64,000 nt of DNA from Aestuariivirgaceae bacterium (GTDB lineage: Bacteria > Pseudomonadota > Alphaproteobacteria > Rhizobiales > Aestuariivirgaceae), in the NCBI GenBank assembly GCA_044870245.1, contig JBIOYR010000016.1, positions 16,817 to 80,816 on the forward strand, read 5' to 3'. The notes beneath the pieces are model-generated. The model did no database searches. It was not told where the DNA came from and saw only the letters and a program-made list of their open reading frames with translations. Made by a program: the position numbers and the translations under genes. Every line of letters begins with the position of its first letter. Positions within the stretch are counted from its first letter, which is position 1. This document shows positions 58,088 to 64,000 of the stretch, in pieces.

Positions 58088-58989
58088 GCCGCAGCCGTCT
58101 CGTAGCGGGTCAGCGCCTCGACCAGCAGGTCGCGGGATTCGACAAGGCCCTTATAGGCGAGCTGTGCGGTGTCGAGCATCTGGAGCTGGGACCTCAGGCC
58201 CTGCGCCAGCCGCGGTCCCTCGGGATGGCGCCCAAGCGCCGCCAGGGGATCGAGCAGCACCTTGATGGTGAAGAGAATATAGCCGGTGTCGGGGAGCTTG
58301 CGCAGGGTCTGGCGCTCGACGCGGATGAAGCAATTGGCATCGGCGACCACGCCTTCGGCGAGCCAGATCCGCGGGCCGGGACGGCGGCGCGGCGCGTAGA
58401 GCTCCGGACTGTCATAGATCGACCAGTTCAGGCGCCAGACCGGGCGCTCGACCTGAAGATTGTCGAAGATGCGCAGCAGCCGCGGCCCGATATGCTCGGC
58501 ATAGCCCGGCACCGGCTTGTGAATCCCGTCCATGTCGCGGCCGAACTTCTCGGCCAGCACCCAGGTCGAGGGAAAGCACAGCGAGGCAGCGGCGAGCTGC
58601 CAGCCGGTGTCGCCGCGCACCATCAGCACCAGATCCTCCTGGACGAGGCGGGAGGCACATTCGAGCGGCGCCTCCTGGGGATTGCCGACCTCGACGCTCA
58701 CCCCCGCCGGAACGATGTGAATGCGGCTGCCGTCGCGGCGATAGACACCGGGATGGGCGCGCGGCAGATGCTCGATCAGCAGCGCCAGCACCTCCTGCTG
58801 GGCCGGGCGCGAGGCGGGGCGCTCGGCATAGACCTCGGCATGGCGTTCCGCGAGCAGCCGCTCCTTCTCGACGAGCTCGCCGGCGAGATGCTCGTCAGGC
58901 TCGATCCATTCGGCGAGGTCGAGCGCCTTCAGGCCGATCGCCATGGGCGGATTGGCGCTGCCATAGGGGGCGTGCCGAAGCTCAGCCAT
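58084..58989 (-). CDS. DUF3445 protein (heme-dependent oxidative N-demethylase alpha-subunit-like family)
   Basis: 301 aa. LVQEDLVLM...W.L.AASLCFPS.W pattern is typical of DUF3445. ATGA overlap with the kinase start. Confidence 0.65.
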   Translation of the reverse strand: MAELRHAPYGSANPPMAIGLKALDLAEWIEPDEHLAGELVEKERLLAERHAEVYAERPASRPAQQEVLALLIEHLPRAHPGVYRRDGSRIHIVPAGVSVEVGNPQEAPLECASRLVQEDLVLMVRGDTGWQLAAASLCFPSTWVLAEKFGRDMDGIHKPVPGYAEHIGPRLLRIFDNLQVERPVWRLNWSIYDSPELYAPRRRPGPRIWLAEGVVADANCFIRVERQTLRKLPDTGYILFTIKVLLDPLAALGRHPEGPRLAQGLRSQLQMLDTAQLAYKGLVESRDLLVEALTRYETAAA

Positions 58990-60799
58990 CGTGCTTGTTC
59001 TCGATCGCCTCGATATTGTCGATCATGCCTTGGATGACGCCAAGCCCGAGCTGCCAGAAATCGGAATCGGCGGCATCGAGGCCGAAGGGCTTGAGAAGCT
59101 CGGCATGATGCTTGCTGCCGCCAGCCCGCAAAAGATCGAAATATTTTTCGGCGAAGCCGGCCTCCGCCTTCTGGTAGCGAGCATAGAGCGAGTTCACCAG
59201 GCAGTCACCGAAAGCATAGGCATAGACATAGAAGGGCGAATGAATGAAGTGAGGGATGTAGGACCAGAAGACCTGGTAGCCCTCCTTGAATTCGATGGCA
59301 GGCCCGAGGCTTTCGGCCTGGATCTCGTACCAGATCTCGCCGAGGCGCGCGGCGGTGAGCTCACCGGATTTGCGCTCCTCATGCACGCGGCGCTCGAATT
59401 CATAGAAGGCGATCTGCCGGACAACGGTGTTGAGCATGTCCTCGACCTTGGCGGCAAGCAGCGCCTTGCGCTTGCGTGGGTCAGTCGTCTGCTTGAGCAG
59501 TGCCTGGAAGGTCAGCATCTCGCCGAACACCGAGGCGGTCTCGGCAAGGGTCAAGGGGGTCGGCGCCATCAGCGCCCCCTGCCCCGCCGCCAGCACCTGA
59601 TGAACGCCGTGACCGAGCTCATGGGCAAGCGTCATGACGTCCCTGATCTTGCCCTGATAGTTCAACAGCACATAGGGATGGGCCGACGGCACGGTCGGAT
59701 GGGAGAACGCACCCGGCGACTTGCCAGGCCGCACCGGGGCGTCGATCCAGCGGCCGTCGAAAAAGCCGCGAGCGATGTCGGCCATTTGCGGGGCGAAGCC
59801 GGCATAGGCGTCGAGCACCAGCTCCTTCGCGCGATTCCACGGCACGATGTCGATGTCCTCGTCGGGCAGCGGGGCATTGCGGTCCCAATGGGCGAGGCGT
59901 TCCTTGCCGAGCCAGCGCGCCTTCATCGCATAATAGCGGTGGGATAGTCGCGGATAGGCGGCGCGCACCGCCGCGACCAGCGCCTCGACGACCTTGCCCT
60001 CGACGCGGTTGGCGAGGTGGCGGGCGTCGGCGACGTCCTTGAAGCTGCGCCAGCGGTCGGAGATCTCCTTGTCCTTGGCAAGGGTGTTGGTGATCAGGGT
60101 GAACAGGCGGATGTTGTCGCCAAGCGTCGTGGCAATGGCTGCAGCGCCGGCCTTGCGCTTGGCCTCGTCGCGATTGACCAGCAGGTTCAGCGTCGGCTCG
60201 AGCGACAGCTCCTTGCCGTCGACAGTGAACTTCAGCGCCGCCATGGTCTCGTCGAACAGGCGGTTCCAGGCGGTCCAGCCGGTCAGTGATTTCTCGTGGA
60301 ACAGCTCCTCGATGCGATCCTCGAGCTGATGCGGCCGCTCCTTCCTGAGGTCGTCGAGCCACGGGCGGTAATGGGCAAGCGCTTTGACCTTCAGCGCCTT
60401 GTCGAGGTCCTTGTCGTCGATCCGGTTGAGCTCGAGCTCGAAGAAGATCAGCCGGGTGGTCAGGTCGTTGAGCTTCTGGTTGATGTCGCCGTAGAATTTC
60501 TGGCGGGCGGCGTCGGTGGTGTCGCCGACATAATGGAGGGTGGCATAGGAACCGATCCGCCCGAGAAGGTCGGAGAGCGCCTCATAGTCGGCGATGGCGG
60601 CCGCCAGCTCCCCGCCGGACAGGCCGGCCAGCCGCCCTCGCCAGTTCCCGGCAAAGTCCCTGGTGTCGCGGTCGGCGCGCTCGAGATCCTGGCGCAGCAG
60701 CGGTGAATCAGGCGCCGGGTAGAGGTCGGCAAGGTTCCATTCGGGAAGAGCGCCGAGCTCGGTGCGGTCGGACTGTCGCTTTGCGGCGGATCGGGGCAT
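58982..60799 (-). CDS. pepF: M3-family oligoendopeptidase F
   Basis: HELGHGVH zinc motif. 605 aa from ATG 60797-60799 (MPRSAAKRQSD). The 80 upstream codons of the ORF look non-coding. Confidence 0.9.
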   Translation of the reverse strand: MPRSAAKRQSDRTELGALPEWNLADLYPAPDSPLLRQDLERADRDTRDFAGNWRGRLAGLSGGELAAAIADYEALSDLLGRIGSYATLHYVGDTTDAARQKFYGDINQKLNDLTTRLIFFELELNRIDDKDLDKALKVKALAHYRPWLDDLRKERPHQLEDRIEELFHEKSLTGWTAWNRLFDETMAALKFTVDGKELSLEPTLNLLVNRDEAKRKAGAAAIATTLGDNIRLFTLITNTLAKDKEISDRWRSFKDVADARHLANRVEGKVVEALVAAVRAAYPRLSHRYYAMKARWLGKERLAHWDRNAPLPDEDIDIVPWNRAKELVLDAYAGFAPQMADIARGFFDGRWIDAPVRPGKSPGAFSHPTVPSAHPYVLLNYQGKIRDVMTLAHELGHGVHQVLAAGQGALMAPTPLTLAETASVFGEMLTFQALLKQTTDPRKRKALLAAKVEDMLNTVVRQIAFYEFERRVHEERKSGELTAARLGEIWYEIQAESLGPAIEFKEGYQVFWSYIPHFIHSPFYVYAYAFGDCLVNSLYARYQKAEAGFAEKYFDLLRAGGSKHHAELLKPFGLDAADSDFWQLGLGVIQGMIDNIEAIENKHDG

Positions 60800-61043
60800 G
60801 AGGCTCTCGGAGGTTGATTCTGGTGGCCCGAGATATGGCGTCATGACCCCGGGAAAGTCCACATCATCCGTGGCCGCTGCCGTCCCGCTTGTTCGCGCAT
60901 GGCTGGCATAACGCTGCTGCAATGCAGCATGGTGAAGCCGCGCCAAAGGCCGTCCTGGAAGGCCGGGAATCAGCGGAACGGTGGTGTCCTGTCGCAGTTT
61001 GCACGCAGCCCTTGAAATTCGTGCGCTGCAGTGCAACATAGGT

Positions 61044-61127
61044 GCTGCGGAACGGGGTTTCGCCCCTTCCGCAGCCCTTCCTGGGCGTTTCCTCCCTAGA
61101 CTTGGGCCGCCGGCAACAACCGAGCGG
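61044..61127 (+). ncRNA. Candidate small RNA (two hairpins, CCUCCC single-stranded motif, own terminator)
   Basis: Hairpin GCTGCGGAACGGGG-TTTCG-CCCCTTCCGCAGC (61044-61075). Linker GTTTCCTCCCTAG. Terminator GGGCCGC...GCGGCCC plus CTTTTTT (61094-61127) on the strand opposite both flanking genes. Confidence 0.3.
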
Positions 61128-61141
61128 CCCCTTTTTTGAGC

Positions 61142-62026
61142 TTATTCGGCGGCCATCCGATTGGGGATGGCGATCTGCGGCAGGGCGGCGAAGAAGCGCC
61201 TGAGCGCCGTCGCCAGCAGCCTCTCAAGGAGCGCAAAGCCCTGCGACCGGCGGAATGTCAGCTCGTTCATGTAAAGGCCGCGGTTGATCTCGACCTGGAG
61301 TGCGTGGGTGCCGTTGGCCGGGCGCCCCCAGGCGGCGGTGATATGGCCGCCGGCATAGGGCTTGTTGCGGATGACCGTCAGCCCCTGGGCGGTCAGCGCT
61401 TCCTCGAGGCAAAGCGCGATATCGGCCTCGCAGGACGAGCCGTAGCGGTCGCCGAGCACGATGTCGGGGCGGGTGCTGCGGGCGGCGGCGCCCGAGGCGG
61501 CACTCGAGGGCATGGAGTGACAGTCAACCAGCACGGCGAGCCCGAATTGCGCCACGGTGTCCGACATCAGACGCTGCAGCATGGCGTGATAGGGCAGATA
61601 ATAGCCCCGGATGCGCCGCTCGGCCTCGCGAAAGCTCAACCGTTCGGCATAGATCTCCTCATGCTCGCAGACGATGCGCGGGATGGTGCCGAGACCGCCG
61701 GCTACGCGAGCCGAGGCGGTATTGACATAGGCCGGCAGCTCGTCATCGAACATGGCCGGGTCGAGTTCCCAGGGCTCGCGGTTGACGTCAAGGAAGGCTC
61801 GCGGGAAATTGGCCTTGAGCATGGGGGCGCCCAGCGCCACCGCGGTGGCGAAGAGCTGGTCGACATGGCAGTCCTCGGAGCGGCGCAACGTCAAGGGATC
61901 GAGCCGGGACGAAGCCAGGAAAGTCTTGGGGTAGCGGCTGCCGCTATGGGGCGAGTTGAAGACGCATGGCACGGCGAGCCGCGGCGGATAGGAGACGCTG
62001 AAAGGCGGATCGATCTCGAGGCTCAT
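61142..62026 (-). CDS. N-formylglutamate amidohydrolase family protein
   Basis: PCVFNSPHSGSRYP...DVNREP...LVDCHSMPS motifs. Start preferred at MSLEIDPP (62026); the ORF extends to 62053. Confidence 0.8.
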   Translation of the reverse strand: MSLEIDPPFSVSYPPRLAVPCVFNSPHSGSRYPKTFLASSRLDPLTLRRSEDCHVDQLFATAVALGAPMLKANFPRAFLDVNREPWELDPAMFDDELPAYVNTASARVAGGLGTIPRIVCEHEEIYAERLSFREAERRIRGYYLPYHAMLQRLMSDTVAQFGLAVLVDCHSMPSSAASGAAARSTRPDIVLGDRYGSSCEADIALCLEEALTAQGLTVIRNKPYAGGHITAAWGRPANGTHALQVEINRGLYMNELTFRRSQGFALLERLLATALRRFFAALPQIAIPNRMAAE

Positions 62027-62225
62027 GACTGTTCCACCGGCCGGGTGGGCCATCCCATACGGCTGATTGCGTCATTTCTGCATGATAGGGGTTGACGGTC
62101 AACGGCTACGCTCACGGAAGGGCCAGATCGCCTACAGGAGTTCATGGGCAATTTACCGATTGCGCTTAACTTCAACCGGACGGCGGTTTGCGGGGCGGCT
62201 CTGGCGCCCGGTGGGGTGTAGGTGC

Positions 62226-62585
62226 ATGGCGAGAATTCTCTTGGCCGAAGATGACGAGGATATGCGCCGGTTCCTGGTCCGGGCGCTGGTCAAGGCCGGG
62301 CATGATGTCTCAAGCTTTTCGGAAGGGCTGTCGGCCTTCGAGGAGCTGAAGGGAACGGCGTTCGACCTGCTTCTCACCGACATCGTCATGCCGGAAATGG
62401 ACGGGATCGAGCTGGCACGGCGGGCGGCCGAGCTCGACCCCGGGCTCAAGATCATGTTCATCACCGGCTTTGCAGCGGTGGCGCTCCATCCCGATTCGCG
62501 AGCCCCCAAGGAGGCCAAGGTGCTGTCGAAGCCGTTCCATCTGCGCGACCTCGTTGCCGAGGTCGAGCGGATGATGGCGGCGTGA
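62226..62585 (+). CDS. cpdR: Single-domain response regulator CpdR
   Basis: MARILLAEDDEDMRRFL...DLLLTDIVMPEMDG...SKPFHL. 119 aa, receiver domain only. Confidence 0.8.
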   Translation: MARILLAEDDEDMRRFLVRALVKAGHDVSSFSEGLSAFEELKGTAFDLLLTDIVMPEMDGIELARRAAELDPGLKIMFITGFAAVALHPDSRAPKEAKVLSKPFHLRDLVAEVERMMAA

Positions 62586-62669
62586 GGTCCGGCTGCCGGA
62601 GCGGTCGGGGATCCGGCGCTCCAGCCTTGCGCCTGCGCTTCGATCCCGATATATCCAGCGTTTCCCCCG

Positions 62670-62744
<75 letters not shown>

Positions 62745-62758
62745 TTCAAATCAGTGAC

Positions 62759-63394
62759 TTAGGCCACATGGCTCGCGGCATTGGTCCCGGACCTGACGAT
62801 GGTCGCCATCGTCGGCGCGGCCGGAAGTTCGCTCGCCAGCAGCATGCAGTTGCCAGAAACGCGCACGCTCGCGTTCGATTGCCGTGTCAGGGAGAAGCCA
62901 ATCTCGAGGTCGAGCTTCCCGTCCTCGAAATCGTTTCGCGCCACGACAATCAGCTTGTCACGCAGGCCCGGACGAATCTGCCTAGCGCCTCCCTCGGCGA
63001 CGGCGCACACCATGGGCACGACTTCCTCCATATTGTCAAAAGACCGCCGCAAGGAGAGAAATGGCGTCTCCGCCACAGATTTGACGACTACGTCGTAGCC
63101 GTCGATCCTGCCCTGGCGATCGATCTGCGCGATACGAGATTCAATGTGGCGCAGGCGGGTCTCCTCGGCGCTCAGCGACTGCTCGACCTGTGCTCGCTTC
63201 ATGATCAGCATGCCTCGCAGCTCCTCTGGAGAGATTTCGTTCTCGAGGAGCGGTCCGATCTGCTCCAGCGTCAGACCAAGCTCCTTCAGTGCCAGAATGC
63301 TGTTCAACCGCGGCAGCTGGCGAATGCTGTAGTAGCGGTAGCTGCGATCGCCCCTGGAACCTCGGCAGAACGGTTGTGCAGCCTTGACACAGCG
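62759..63394 (-). pseudogene. Remnant of a MerR-family/GyrI-like effector-domain regulator, truncated at both ends
   Basis: The frame reads ...GDRSYRYYSIRQLPRLNSILALKELGLTLEQI (MerR wing and dimerisation helix) but closes with an in-frame TGA at 63395-63397 where the HTH should be. The GyrI-like domain stops after ATIVRSG, 14 nt from the tRNA. Confidence 0.6.
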
Positions 63395-63405
63395 TCAAAG
63401 TCAAG
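63384..63405. promoter_or_regulatory. Dyad with back-to-back -35-like hexamers at the 5' edge of the MerR remnant
   Basis: TTGAC-ACAGC-GTCAA perfect inverted repeat (63384-63398). TTGACA reads on the plus strand and TTGACT on the minus strand (63404-63399). Confidence 0.3.
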
Positions 63406-63456
63406 CGGAAAAAATCGGCTGCGTAGCGGGCCGTATTGGCGGCTCGATGGTTCGTG

Positions 63457-63999
63457 TCAGTGAAGCCATAAGGCGCCGACCGCCCTGGCGACGGCCATCA
63501 TCACCCCGGCTGCCAGCATCCACCTCCACCAAACTGGAAATCGATCATGGGCTCGATCTCTCTTGGGTCGACTCGCTTTCGGCCGCCACCGGTCGAGCCA
63601 TGGTGCAGGATTTCGGGTTCCGTGTTCGTTGAGAAACTCCGCCCGTTTGGCCGGGTCGAAGATCCCGCGCTTGTCAGCCGCCGAGAGCGTGCGCTGAAGC
63701 TTGTATACGACCCATCGCTGGCCGTACTCGCCTGCCGTAATATGAAGCATGACAACCAGCATGACGGCGCCGAGAAGGCCAAGGCCGTCCTCCAAACTCG
63801 CAACCTGATAGATCACCGCTGTCCAGGCGATGAGGCCGACCAGCGCGCGCAGGTAGAGCCCTCGCGCCATCGCCCAGACGGGGAACACAAGAAAGGCCAA
63901 GCTGTCCCATAGCGGTCCGACGAGACGTGTCTTCCGATTGGGTGCGTGCGGCGGAGCGCTTCCAATTATCGTCCAAAGCGCCACGATCATCAGCAGCAT
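63457..63999 (-). CDS. Membrane protein, possibly DUF2628-like (may continue beyond the window)
   Basis: 180-aa ORF with 3-4 hydrophobic helices (AFLVFPVWAMARGLYLRALVGLIAW). The first start codon lies at the last bases of the window. A/T-richer than the core genes. Confidence 0.45.
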   Translation of the reverse strand: MLLMIVALWTIIGSAPPHAPNRKTRLVGPLWDSLAFLVFPVWAMARGLYLRALVGLIAWTAVIYQVASLEDGLGLLGAVMLVVMLHITAGEYGQRWVVYKLQRTLSAADKRGIFDPAKRAEFLNEHGTRNPAPWLDRWRPKASRPKRDRAHDRFPVWWRWMLAAGVMMAVARAVGALWLH

Positions 64000-64000
64000 C

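Noticed and set aside
62067-62225. N-terminal 53-codon extension of the cpdR ORF.
   Set aside because: Receiver-domain homology begins at MARILLAEDDEDM (62226). The extension is not conserved-looking and would overlap the divergent promoter region.

Overview
High-G+C chromosomal core region, gene content and order typical of an alphaproteobacterium (Hyphomicrobiales/Rhizobiales-like). About 60 protein genes are dense and often translationally coupled through ATGA, GTGA or TGATG overlaps. Left to right: a nucleoside-type ABC transporter and xdhABC; an HpaB-family monooxygenase/RidA/DUF1028 operon; pepN; a 1331-aa orphan gene; a PleC/DivJ-type PAS histidine kinase; an EF-hand/ECF sigma/anti-sigma/Spy-like module; glnE-ybgC-ruvBAC-yebC-ymdB-5-FCL; a likely 6S RNA; zapA; tkt-pgk-fba-thiE-like-Sel1-suhB; a non-flagellar MotA/MotB-like stator pair; an ABC exporter; rpmE; the cell-cycle genes rcdA (DUF1465), DUF1192 and trcR (DUF1013); two SDRs; prpE; opgC; an acyl-CoA synthetase; two DUF465 genes; purEK; rpsU; pntAA-pntAB-pntB; a PemK/MazF-like solo toxin; a pepF-DUF3445-ABC1 kinase operon; an N-formylglutamate amidohydrolase; cpdR; tRNA-Val(GAC); and a decayed MerR-type gene. 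I saw no rRNA, CRISPR array, transposase, integrase or prophage. The most unusual items are: (i) the visibly A/T-richer 4-kb orphan ORF with internal repeats between pepN and the kinase; (ii) the orphan stator-like pair; (iii) a palindromic intergenic element built from tandem heptamers (two full copies and a half copy) that supplies the TAG stop of three genes; (iv) a PemK-like toxin islet with no room for an antitoxin; (v) a candidate sRNA with its own terminator between two opposite-strand genes; (vi) the doubly truncated MerR remnant at the tRNA-Val 3' flank. All family assignments come from motif recognition by eye on the supplied translations; no database search was run. Many long ORFs in the track are antisense shadow ORFs of the kind expected in high-G+C DNA and were rejected.
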